Below are positions 52,203 to 64,000 of a stretch of 64,000 nt of DNA, piece after piece. The position numbers and the translations under genes were made by a program. Source of the stretch: Parasitella parasitica NRRL 2501 (taxonomy: Eukaryota > Fungi > Mucoromycota); assembly GCA_025201805.1 (NCBI GenBank), contig MU619344.1, positions 39,932-103,931 of the forward strand. Reading direction: 5' to 3'. The notes beneath the pieces are model-generated. The model saw nothing but the letters and a program-made list of their open reading frames with translations, made no database searches and had not been told where the DNA came from. Every line of letters starts with the position of its first letter. Position 1 is the first letter of the stretch.

Positions 52203-52543
52203 CTTGATAAATAGTCCAACGATTTTACAAGCTACATTTCATTGATTTCTTTTTATATGAATTCAAGCGGATAATTTTGATTGACATTCGAGCCAGAGAA
52301 AATAAACGCACTGCTCGAAATTTAAATTGTAACAAACAGAAAACTCTAATTAAATAAGAATTGTTTATTTTGTAAGCATTATTAGAGAGCCCATTTTACG
52401 ATTTCAACTAAATGGAGATCTTGAATTATTCCGAATTTTTTTTTTTTGCATGGGATAGTAGTAAGGTAGGTATTGAAAGAAAGAGGATTGTTTGTGTAAT
52501 ACAATATTAATACAGTGCGTGTCTGCTGCTAGCTTGGGAATTA

Positions 52544-53926
52544 CTATTGCGTTTTGTCTTTAATGTCCCTTGCTGTAAGTTTTGGTGTTGAGTGATCGCT
52601 ACAAAAGTAAAATTAGTGTTTAGAGAACATCCTCAAATAAAAGTTACATACCCTTCGATTTTTTCCATAGAGGTGTTGTAATCAACTTCATCTTCATCGT
52701 CGGAACGAACATCCTTTGCCTCTGGCTCTGTAAGTATCTTGTAAATGACTTTGAAAATCATCAACGTCCAAAACAAAATCAAGATGAACAATCCGATCAT
52801 TAGGCCAGCGATAATGTACTTTACAAAGTAAGGGAACCAATTTCCACTTGAAGGATGCAATACAAACTGAGGTACGTAGAGATCAGGCTCAGTCAACGTA
52901 GACCAAATAATACACCCAAACAAGTACACCCTTGTGTATAGCCATGAAATGACCATAGTACCAAATACAGTGTTGCACACAATTCCAGGCAAGCAGTAAT
53001 TCAAAGCTTTTGACAACTATGCCCAATAAATAATAAAATGAGTATTTGTGCCCCCCAAATTAGGATAAAACTCGATTACTTACGGCTAGGATTGAATCTG
53101 GGAGATCCATGCAGACAAAAACAGCATTGCCCACGCGAGTGAAATTGCAACAATAGCTGAGGCTGATCAATAGTAAAGTGTTGATATGATGCAAAACCAA
53201 TTCCTTATAGTCCTTTCGAGGTTCTTCGATCTGCAAAACAAAAATTTGTTGAAGCCAATAGGCAAATTGCACCAAATAATAGTATTTGAATGATTTTGTG
53301 TAATCCGTAACGGGATAATCACGCCAAAAATAAGTTGTGTCGAACCACCAGGGGCTATCGTACATGACATACTAACAAAAATGAACAGGAAAAAGAGGGG
53401 TTAGGGTTAGGGTTGGGGCGCAAAGTTAGTCAAGTATTCTCTCTTGAAGGGGTTTATTCTCTACTTACAACACCATAGCCAAATGCAATTCCGTAATAGA
53501 TGACAGAGTAAGATTGCTCAGCAAAACGTTGATATTTTTTCTTTGGGACGTTGGCAAGTTTTGCTAGAGGAAACAAGATGTAGTCCATGGTGGCGGCTCG
53601 AAGTGATGTGAAGACGCATATATAAAAAAACAAAAATGCAACATCCCAAACGCTCTTTTCAAATCGTCCATCTTGTCGTTGATTGCTGATAAATACAAAG
53701 TGCTCGAATGCTGGTAATCGCAGAAAGTAACCAACCAAGATAAACCCAATCACTTTTAAGGGTATTTCTGTGAATTATCCGAGCTTAGTATTTCTCGATA
53801 AAAAAACCACGTAAAATGTTTTTTAGAATGCCTACCTATCTGACGTTGTGCGAGATAGTTTGCGAGGCTATGTAAATTTGATGTTGGCTTTCTCGCTTTC
53901 GACGTGTTTATTGCTGTCTTTTCCAT
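52544..53926 (-). CDS. LAG1: Ceramide synthase (Lag1/Lac1, TLC domain), multi-exon
   Basis: RFAEQSY, YYLVQFAYW, RKDYKELVLHH, MDLPD..LA.SK.LNY, D.RSDDE; spliced C-terminus KDKTQ* (KxKxx ER-retrieval signal). Confidence 0.92.
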
Positions 53927-55846
53927 GTGTCCAAGTCAAGCACAATAAGGCGGAGTCAGTAACAGAAGATGTTAATATGGAATATAAACAAAGACAAAGA
54001 GGGAGGGCAAAACAAAACTCTCATCCATCTTCTATCCATCTTTTCATCGTCTCACGTGCCTGCTCTAATTCAGCTTCCGTTGACGTCCATCCATTTGTTC
54101 ATGCGTTCATCCTTCTACCTTCCATTTTACCCGAACCTTGATCAAACCAAAGTAAAAAAGAAGTATACGGCGTCATGGAAGTCTCAAGGAATTTAGCAAT
54201 ATGCTAACTGTTTTTTTTATTTAGACCATACTGTGAAAAAAACGTTAAAAAAAATACAACAATTGATTTGAAAATTTTGGTACCTACCGCAGATCCAAAC
54301 CTATCCATCTTGGTCTTGATGGAATGAATCCGTAATGATCCCGAAAGATATCATTTATATTCTGAAATAAATTCTATTCTCAAACTTTTGTAATAAACCA
54401 TAATCTTTAACTAATTTCTCAATGTTAAAAATAAACACCTCGTTGTATAGGGCAAATGTTTCAATTGCAAATATTTTATAAAGAGGGATTTGTCTCGGCC
54501 AACTTGATAATGTCTTTGCTTTTTCTTGCTATACTGGCAAAATTAATGGCAATCAAGCAAACATCATGACTAACAGACTTGAGGTAGGTAAGCAAATGCA
54601 CAAAAAATCACAAAGCTTTCTGGCTATAGAAAATCGAATAGTATACAATTAATCTTCCCTTTCGGTTGGTTTGAGTTCAATTCACGTATCTTCACCAAAA
54701 CAATGAATGCTATACAAACCCCTTCGCGGTCAAGGAATAACCTTGATTTTTTAATCTGGCGAAAACGTTTGTATCGATCAGGGAAGGTCGACTGGGAGCC
54801 TAGACCCAATGGCAAAGAAACTCTTTGGCTACAGGATCGTGTAGTATTCGTAAAAGAACATAACACCTACTTGCTGTTATAAATGCATGGCCGATCTCAT
54901 GACAATTGACACTTTAGCCAGTAATGTTATATTACTCTCTATTTATATTTTATCCCATTCATAAACTATCTTTCTCTTCATGTAAAACCTTCAGATACTA
55001 CGAGAGAAGTGTCGGATGGCTTAGTCAAACTTTCAAAAGGCACTCAGAGACATGTTTATCCGTTCCATGTAACTTTGCACTCTCGCTTGTCAGTGATCTC
55101 GCCATCCCTGGTGTTATAATCTTGAGTAGGAATAAAATCCGTGAGTTGGTAATCAATTAAAAATATACATTAACCCCGTTTTCATCGATTCAAAGTTCAA
55201 TCTTGTCACAATGGATTCACTATGCGAATACGTGTAAAGTCTATATACATTGATCATCGAAAGGAGAGCCAGATACGGTTTATAATTGAATAAATACATA
55301 CGTTCGCTTGATTTCTATGGAAAATTTACACAAATGCTGCTCAAACTTGAAAAAAGACAGTTGGCCGTTGACAGACATGTACAGAAGTTACAATTTTGTA
55401 TCATATAGTGATTTCATGTAAACAATAAAAATTGATTGGACAATTTACCGTGTTATGTTTTATAAAGAAGAGAAGGCATTGGAGAACCCAATTTCAAGAT
55501 GGGATTGCGCAATCAGGCACGTTATCCAAAAACGAATTGCAGATGCAGCATTGGCATCTTTTATGCCGAGTATATAAGGGATTCAATGGAATATATTTGA
55601 ATGGCACACGCGAAAATAGTGATTGCTGTTTTGCTGACAAATGCAAACCACAACAAACGCAAAAGCATCAGCAGGTGGCTTTTAAAACCAACAGAGAGAG
55701 ATATAATATACACCGTATAGAGGTGCTCATGGCCCTTTCTCCGATCTACCTTCAGCTCAGGTATCAAAACCAACTGCCCTTTTTTATTTCCACATCTCTT
55801 CTTCTTCCCAAATCCTTTTTTTTTTTTTTCTAATAAAAGTAAAATT

Positions 55847-58131
55847 ATGGGCCTGTTGTCACTCGGAACACCTCTCCATTGGAACGAGGCCAAGGGGTAC
55901 GCTGATCATGTTCGCAAGCATGGCATCGAGCAATTCCTCCACATCTACAACTACCAAAAAGATAGACAGACACAATGTTTGCTCTGGGGTGATGAGGTAG
56001 AGTAGGACGCTGTGCGATCATGCATGGGAAATGACTAATACAAGCTTGGCAGATTGAATACATCGTTGTCAAGTTCAATGACCAAGAAAAAACTACAAAA
56101 CTGTCCCTCCGTGCTTTTGATATCCTTGAAAAGCTGGAGAAACCTGAGCATGACTGGCTGGAAGGCATTCGAAAGTAAGTGGGCTTATTTTTTTTTTGTC
56201 AGCACAAGAGTCAACATAAGGCACTCATGGATGGGCTGTGATAGAGAACCACCAGCTGCATTGTGGAGACCAGAGTACGGCCGCTATATGATCGAAGGTA
56301 CACCTGGGTTGCCTTACGGAGCAACTTTCCGTGATTTAGTTGGAGTTGAGGACAACATGAAATTAAGACGTAGAATGGCTCATGAGGCTATGGATCCCGA
56401 CGAATATGCGGTATCGTTGGTCAACTATCCTCGGTTAGGTTGCCCTAACCAAGTGTATCCTGCCGAGGAGCCGAAGATTACCGCCAGTCAAAGCTTGTTT
56501 GTAACTGATCAAATCATCAACCCTCATGCACGATTCCCGTAAGTTTTCCATTGTGTCCACCCAAAACCGTCCTAACATTCTCTTACTTTGGTAGAACGTT
56601 GACTGCAAACATTCGTCGCCGTAGAGGCTCCAAAGTGCAAATCAACATGCCCGTTTTCCACGACGTAAACACCCCCAAGCCTTTTATCGACCCTACAATT
56701 CCATGGGATCGCAATCTGTCCAAACACGACAAGGAGGCTAGGGAAGGTGCTGCGTTGCCCGATCATATCTACATGGATGCCATGGCGTTTGGTATGGGCT
56801 GCTGTTGCTTACAAATCACGTTCCAAGCATGCAACATTGACGAGGGTAGAAGATTATACGATCAATTGGCTCCTGTTGCACCTCTGATGATGGCACTATC
56901 CGCCAATTCGCCTATATATCGTGGCTACCTGGCTGACGTCGATGCAAGATGGAACGTTATCTCTGCTAGCGTTGATGACCGAACACCCGAAGAAAGAGGC
57001 TTGAAGGTAATCTAGTGGGGAGAGAAAGAGAGAAAGAGAGAGCGAGAGACAGTGAGAGAGGTATTAACGTAACATGCACCGGTAGCCTTTGAAGGACAGC
57101 AAATACGTTATCAACAAATCCCGTTACGATTCCATCGACTCTTACCTCTCCAACGATCCCATCTACAAGTCGAAATACGACGACATTGATTTAGTCTACG
57201 ACAAGGACATTTACCAAAAGCTAATAGATAGTGGCGTCGATGACAAGCTCGCTAAGCATGTGGCGCATTTGTTCATCCGCGACCCCCTTGTTATTTTCAA
57301 GGAATTGCTGGACTTAGACGACTCGCAATCCTCAGACCACTTTGAGGTAAGTCTCTTTGAGCGGGTTCGCACTGGAGAGCGAGATCCTGACTTGTTTTGC
57401 AGAATCTTCAATCAACAAATTGGCAGACGATGCGTTTCAAACCTCCCCCACCCAACTCTGCAATCGGCTGGCGCGTAGAATTTAGAAGCATGGAAGTACA
57501 GTTATCTGATTTCGAGAATGCAGCTTACTCTGTGTTCATTGTCCTGCTCACTCGTGTGATTCTCAGTTTTAGTCTCAACTTTTACATTCCCATCTCCAAG
57601 GTGGATGCCAATATGCAAACTGCTCACAAACGAGACGCCGTATTAAACGACAAGTTCTATTTCCGTAAAAACGTATTCCCCACTAATACGTCAAGAGGAA
57701 ATTTACAGCAGGCCACTCAAGGCGGCGAGGAGGATGAGGATGCATATGAGTTGATGACATTGAATGAAATTGTCAATGGCAAGGTAAAGTAAAGAAAGTG
57801 GGTTTGCTTTTGTTTTATGCTTACATACTTGAAATAGGAGAATGGGTTCCCTGGCTTCGTCCCTCTAATTCATAGCTATCTCAACAGTACCAACATCGAC
57901 ATTGAGACTCGTTGCAAGCTGTCTTCTTATTTGAGTTTGATCAGCAAAAGAGCCAATGGCGAACTCATGACTGGAGCCGCTTACTTGCGCCAGTTTGTGC
58001 AAACCCACCCTGCCTATAAGAAGGACTCAGTTGTGTCTGACGAAATAACATATGACCTTGTCAAGAGAGCTGACCAGATTGCAAAAGGAGAATATCACCC
58101 ACAAGAATTATTGGGAAACTTTACTGCTTAA
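55847..58131 (+). CDS. GSH1: Glutamate-cysteine ligase catalytic subunit, multi-exon
   Basis: [84 protein letters not shown]. Confidence 0.97.
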
Positions 58132-58363
58132 CGATGCAATAAACCGTGATTTCTTTTTTGTACAACTTGAGGATCTCTCTGTTTGCTTGTTTGGATTTCG
58201 TACAACCTTGCTTTTCTGGAAACAGTGATAAATATACACACATGCACAAATTAGATGAGTATCAGCCTGTGATTTTTTAAGGTTTCCACCACAAAAGGGA
58301 ATATTTTAATGGCACACAAGATATACACTCGCTGCACATGATGCTGCTATATACACGCATCCT

Positions 58364-59435
58364 TTAGCAGGTAAGCTGTTCAATACGTTTTTTTCTCATC
58401 AGAGCGTTGATTCCGTGTTGTGTTACGTTTGTATTTTGAGCAATATCCAAGTGTTTTACTTCCAGACAGCCGGTCGCAAGGGCTTCCAACGTTTTATCAC
58501 TGATCTGTGTGTGGCAGAGCTTTAATGTCCTTAATCGAGTCGGTATGTCGAACAATTCCTTCAATCCGTTGTCATTTATTTCAGGTCCTGACAATTCCAG
58601 GACATCCAATACAGGCAATTGGCCAATTAGTGCGGCAAAGCCTCGGCTGAGATGCTTGCAACGACGCACAGAGAGAGAGACCAATTGCTGATGGCATTTC
58701 AAGAACTCGGCAAACTCATCATGTTCAAGTGCATCCATTTGGTCGATCTTCAAGTGGCAGATAGAGTTGGGTATGGTGCCAAAGGAAGCTGACTGCAAAG
58801 GTGTTGTTGTTAGCGACAGGCTTTCAAGATTGAGCATACCAGAGAAATTGCAGTCAAACATGAATGGGAAGCTCTGCATGCCACCCATTTCGAGAATCTG
58901 TACGTTGTGGCAGTATTTGCCCATGAGCTGGAGCGTATCCGCTTTAACGCTAGTTGCATGGCCCAGACGAACGCTTGTCAAATTGGGGCAATGTCTGATG
59001 AGTCTCTTCACTCGCACATCGACGCCGTATTTATTCACAGGCGCAAGGTCAACATGGCGAACGAACAAACCGTAAGGAAGAATAGGGGTTTTGAGCGAGA
59101 TTGTATTCACAAATCCAATGAACTGAATGTAGCTTGTAAACTGGAATTGTCTATACATATCGAGTGTTGGGTACTCATGTAGACACACCAAAGAATGCGA
59201 CTTACCTGTACATTCTTTCACATATAAAGTTTGCCCAGGTTTTGCACACTCTCATAGCAGTCAATGCGAATGGGTTGGAGGCATCATTGCCCAGTAGCAT
59301 GGAACAGATGATTTCTTGGATTTCAGACGGTAACTGCTTACAGCTGCTTCTTCTTAAACGCTTGCTGGGTTTGGGCTTGGCCTTACGGGAGCTCTTTTTC
59401 AAAAGGGGCAGTTTAATTCGAGAAATAAGAAGCAT
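58364..59435 (-). CDS. F-box / leucine-rich repeat (RNI-like) protein
   Basis: LPSEIQEIIC...MRVCKTW F-box exon spliced to LRR-like repeats (CPNLTSVRL, LELSGPEINDNGL, LKLCHTQISD). Confidence 0.85.
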
Positions 59436-60260
59436 CTTGCAGTGAGATTATAATTAGGTAAAGAAGAGGTCATTGAAATGAGTTGAAAATCAGTGTTCGT
59501 TTTATAAGGAATCACATGACAATGATATGTAAATGATGATGGCCATATATTGTCACACAGAAAATAAGGGGTTCTTCTTTAAACACATCGATTATAGAGC
59601 CATCCTCCGCTTAAACTATAAATTACTATATTATTATAGCGTAGAAAATAAAATCGGTCGCCTAAATGTTTCCTCTTGGTGGAAAACCAAAGACAAAACA
59701 AAAAAACAGAAATGGAAAGCATGATAATGCAACCTCGATCCATATATATCTACGCCAACAGTTTGCGTGATAGATGTTTCTTCAATATGTATACTATGGC
59801 AGGGTTTTTTGCTCAATACCAGAAAAGCCCCGCTATAATTCAAATGATTCCACCCACAGTAATGCATGAATGCATGTAATAGAACTATTGATACAACAAA
59901 AGCGGATCTGAATATATTATCCGCTAAACAGGATTTCATGCTACAGGGTTTTACTAAAAATAATTAAGCGATTGGAATTGTTTTGTGGACGGGTAAGAGA
60001 GGGGATAAAAAAATAGAAGAAAAGGCCATTTGGGAAAGTAAACGAAGATAGTGGTTTATCATTCCATGATTTCATCGATCATTAATTTTAAAAATTTACC
60101 ATGTTATACCATGTCCAAATCGAGTGAAAATGCTGGAAAGCTCATATTTGATTTCAAAAAAAAATTTCAATTGTTTAATCCAAGACTAAATGTTTCAACT
60201 GGTGCTTTTATGCCAGTGTATTCAATTTTTTTCTTTTTTAAAAAGCTTTTATTTCATCAA

Positions 60261-62414
60261 CTAATAGGATGCCAGATCCCAATTTTGTTGTTGGTGTAGA
60301 CTTGGCTGCTTGAGGTCATGTACATGTTGCATAACAGGGGTTGTAGGTGTACTACTAGTACTACTATGTGATGAATCACTTTCATCTAATTCATCGTTAC
60401 TATGACTCGGTGATTCAAGCTCAATTTCATCCTCATCCTCATCCTCATCCTCACCATCGCTATCATCGCTGTCTACCGCGGCTGAGTGCTGCTGTTGTTG
60501 CTGTTGCTGTCGACACCAGTCAGAATCATCAGTATTATGCTCGCTTCTGTCTTGCTCATTTAACAACAATAAATCATATTCCTGCTCTGCATAATCACAC
60601 CATGCACCAAGAGAAAATGGCTCTTCTGGCTGCTCCAAATGTAAAGGCAGTACATCCTGCTGTTCATCAAAGCAACCTTCGCTTATTAGAAACGCCTGGC
60701 GCAGCTCTAGTAGTCTCTGTCTCTCTAATTCGTACTGCTTCTTCTTTTCTCGTTCTAGCTGCTGAAATGCTCGAACTAGCCCTTGGTGTGTGTCGTGAAT
60801 TTGAAACTTTTCAATGTTCAGAAATGTATCAAAAAACCTTTCAGCAATGATACCATTTCGTTTCAAGTCGCTGAGACGGAATTTCCCCGGTATTTGTGGC
60901 CTTATCAAGTCGTTCCTATAATTTTTTTGAGATGCGTGAGTATCCCTCACTGCTTGATCCACCATTTTGTACTAACAATTGGCATATCAGGTCATCAAAT
61001 CGTATTGCGTCCTCAGAATAACCATCTATTATATCGAAAAGCCTAAGATAATGTGTTATTGTCTGGTGTTGTAGATGCGGCATTTTCCTTTACTTTTTCT
61101 CTTGATCTTGCCAGTGTTCCTCTAAATCAAATGTTGTAATGATACCATCTCCGTCATCATCCATGCATCTAAACCTATAATCAAATAGTCAATGAGCTGC
61201 CCTTTTTCCCTTTTTGCTTTTTCTTCTTCATATTCACTTGCCAGTATTCTATAGCCACGGGTGTACTTTTATCAGTTTCAGACAGGACGAACCCTTGAAA
61301 CAAAAAACAAAAAAAAACAAAACAAAAACAAAGGTCGTTAGAGCAACTTGTGAGAAGGAAACTGTCCGCTTTCATCCACTTACAGATGTAATCAAGATAT
61401 GTTAGTATTCTTTCCTGATTATTCAGTCGAGATGTATTCTCTCGTGCAAATGCAGGAATACGCCCATGTTGCATAATTTGTCTCGTTAATTTCTCTGATA
61501 GCAAGCCATCGTTATAGTTGCCAAGGTCGTTTTCGGAAATAATTAAATCATGGTTTTGATCAAGCATCCAAAATTTGCAATAAAGTACATAAAAGTGTTT
61601 ATATGAAAAGCAATCGCGAGTCTGTAAGAGTACCAGATGTTAATATATAATTCTGCTATGCAAGGTACGGTGTTACTTACATTGTTGAGATCGACATTAG
61701 GTCCAAGATTTTTTATCATGTGTGCAAAATTGCTTTTACGAAATTGAGATAGATTCATCTTACCAGAAGCGCATTTTCCATCGTAGAATAGCCTACAAAT
61801 GACTGTCTCAACTAACATCCAGGTATTTTTTAGCTGATGGATCCATTATTACAGCTTAAACTTTTCTATTTCTTACTGTATCGTTCTTGAAATATCGGAT
61901 TATCTCCCAGAAACTTTAACCCTGGATGGTTTAATACAACATCTATTTACATAAATAGGTCAATAATATGTATAACCTCTATTTAATACAATATATCCGA
62001 TACCTTCTAATACAGGCAGAAAATCTTCTGGTGAGATCCAGGTACTGCTTGATTTCTTAAGAATGCTGAAAAACAGTGCGCTATCGTCCAATCGATTTCG
62101 TTTAATTTGCATGAATCCTCTAAATGGTAACACTATTAAAGCAAAACAACACACAAATGATATGCAACATACTCTACAAATGCTGAAAAAGATACCAATT
62201 GATCTACATTTTCAATTGCTTCTAATCTTCGAAAAAATGCCATATTTAAATATCGCGGCAATCCACATACTGTTGAAACTGGAATAAATTGCAGTTCTGT
62301 TAGATAAGGATCGTTGTTGTATATTTGTTTCACGGTCGTGATCGTTTCGACCATGTCTTTATCTTGCTGGATGATGAAACAAGCTTTTTCTGGGTGAAAT
62401 AATGGAATAGCCAT
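60261..62414 (-). CDS. PP2A regulatory subunit B'' (EF-hand), multi-exon; 5' end uncertain
   Basis: VCGLPRYLN, I.PEDFLPVLE, HPGLKFL...FQERY.ETVICRLFY, CFSYKHFYVLYCKFW.LD.NHD, ETDKSTPVAIEYWFRCMDDDGDG, FFDTFLNIEKF. Confidence 0.88.
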
Positions 62415-62853
62415 ATTTCTTATAGTAAACAAGAAAGAAAGACACAACAAAAACAAAACAAAAGTTATATACGTATATTGATGCAGTGTAATGCAAGTCC
62501 AATATGTCTGTTTTTGACATTCAAACATTCCTGCTGAAAGGTAGGGTATCACAGGACCTCCTTAAAATACAATGCTCCCTGCTATTTTTCTGTTGTTCAA
62601 ATGGCTCATTACAGTTGACGAAACTAGGTTGGGCCAATGAAAATAAATTTTGGCCATTTCCAAATTGAGTTGGGACATCAACATGAAAATGGGACACATA
62701 AGAGAATAAGAGACACGAACACAACTGTGGAACTATACCGAACAGATTCAAAGAGTTTTTTTCTTGGTTCAATTTAAGGGCGCAGCCCTGAAAACAGCAA
62801 CCCTTTATAGAACTTGTATCATATTCTAGTACTTTATGATCTAAGTGCCAAAG

Positions 62854-63258
62854 NNNNNNNNNNNNNNNNNNNNNNNNNNNNNNNNNNNNNNNNNNNNNNN
62901 NNNNNNNNNNNNNNNNNNNNNNNNNNNNNNNNNNNNNNNNNNNNNNNNNNNNNNNNNNNNNNNNNNNNNNNNNNNNNNNNNNNNNNNNNNNNNNNNNNNN
63001 NNNNNNNNNNNNNNNNNNNNNNNNNNNNNNNNNNNNNNNNNNNNNNNNNNNNNNNNNNNNNNNNNNNNNNNNNNNNNNNNNNNNNNNNNNNNNNNNNNNN
63101 NNNNNNNNNNNNNNNNNNNNNNNNNNNNNNNNNNNNNNNNNNNNNNNNNNNNNNNNNNNNNNNNNNNNNNNNNNNNNNNNNNNNNNNNNNNNNNNNNNNN
63201 NNNNNNNNNNNNNNNNNNNNNNNNNNNNNNNNNNNNNNNNNNNNNNNNNNNNNNNNNN
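62854..63258. other. Assembly gap (405 N)
   Basis: Run of N. Confidence 1.
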
Positions 63259-63510
63259 TCGATGAAAACTAGCTAGGTATTTATAATTTATTAAAAACAG
63301 AGTCTGGTCTTGATATACAATATAACAACATTGGCAGCCGGGCGATATCAGTAATTGGATTAGAGAATATATCAACAGGTGGGATCCATGTGTGTGCATA
63401 CTCGTTCAGAGTTGTCTCATGTGTAAATCTCTCGATCGGGTTGACAAGATTTGATCTAGTTGACAGACAAATGTTGTCTTGAACTCTTTTTACTTCTTTT
63501 CCATTAACCA

Positions 63511-64000
63511 ATGCCACGCATACCTATTTACCCTGAAGTGGAGAAGTTCATTATCCTTAAGAAACGTACAAAGCTAGAGGAGGTCGAATCTGATAACAAG
63601 AAGGAAAACTCTACCACTCAGATCCCTAAGAGAACATGTAAGTAAAAAGAAACACTTTATGTAATTCCAAGGTTTTATAAGCTAATGCATATAAAGCTAC
63701 CAAGAGGAAAGACTCTCCTACTTTAATAACAGCAAAAAGGAATGCAAAGAAAAGTCGCCAAGCTAGTACTTCAGCAGCATCATCCTCTAAGAATAATTGT
63801 AGCTCTTGTCAAGAGGAAGGGCATAGCTCTGCAAGAAGTTCCCAATGCAAAAACTATAATCCAAAGCTACCGGAACGTCTACAAATCAGACTTGAATCCC
63901 ATCAAAGATACACTCTCTCTGTTCCATTTGAAACTCTTTGTAATGATACTCCAAACAAAGCCAATGCTTTAAAAAAAGTCAAGGACATATCAAGCTTTGT
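63511..64000 (+). CDS. Truncated spliced gene (exon 63511-63637, intron 63638-63696, exon 63697 to window end) with CxxC-x3-GH-x7-C knuckle; Fanzor1-like N-terminus
   Basis: MPRIPIYPEVEKFIILKKRTKLEE...STKRK...CSSCQEEGHSSARSSQCKNYNPKLPERLQIRLESHQRYTLSVPFETLC...KKVKDISSF; GTAAGT donor, GCTAAT branch, AAG acceptor; frame open to the window end. Confidence 0.55.

Noticed and set aside
62521-63399. ORFs spanning the N gap
   Set aside because: Artefacts of translating Ns; the flanking open fragments could not be assigned to a family.
1-64000. tRNA or rRNA genes
   Set aside because: No cloverleaf/T-loop or rRNA-like sequence recognised by eye; tRNAscan-SE and Infernal were not run.

Overview
AT-rich, intron-containing fungal genomic DNA, most likely Mucorales (Mucor/Parasitella-like), inferred from ~50-70 bp GT-AG introns and a kinesin closely resembling my recollection of zygomycete Synkin. 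The first ~7.3 kb is a transposon graveyard: a possible piggyBac-like relic, a ~1 kb degenerate foldback palindrome, and two ~99% identical solo LTRs in opposite orientation, each with its own 5-bp TSD. The genes that follow are kinesin-1, an unknown 461-aa protein, an F-box-like protein, DNA polymerase eta, a 3-exon metallothionein missing from the ORF track, an SH3 membrane protein, Sfp1, Gemin7, a repeat-rich orphan gene, URA2 (CPSase/pseudo-DHOase/ATCase), Hei10, a Zn-dependent polyol dehydrogenase, GCP5, mitochondrial uL30, a chitin deacetylase, a ceramide synthase, GSH1, an F-box/LRR protein and PP2A B''. A second accessory patch (43-45.8 kb) holds an older copy of the same LTR, a sugar-transporter pseudogene split by a second-family solo LTR, and a 121-bp hairpin. 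After a 405-N gap, a spliced gene starting at 63511 runs off the window. Its Cys/His knuckle N-terminus resembles Mucorales Fanzor-type (TnpB-related) proteins, but the diagnostic RuvC lies outside the window. All calls were made by eye without database searches.
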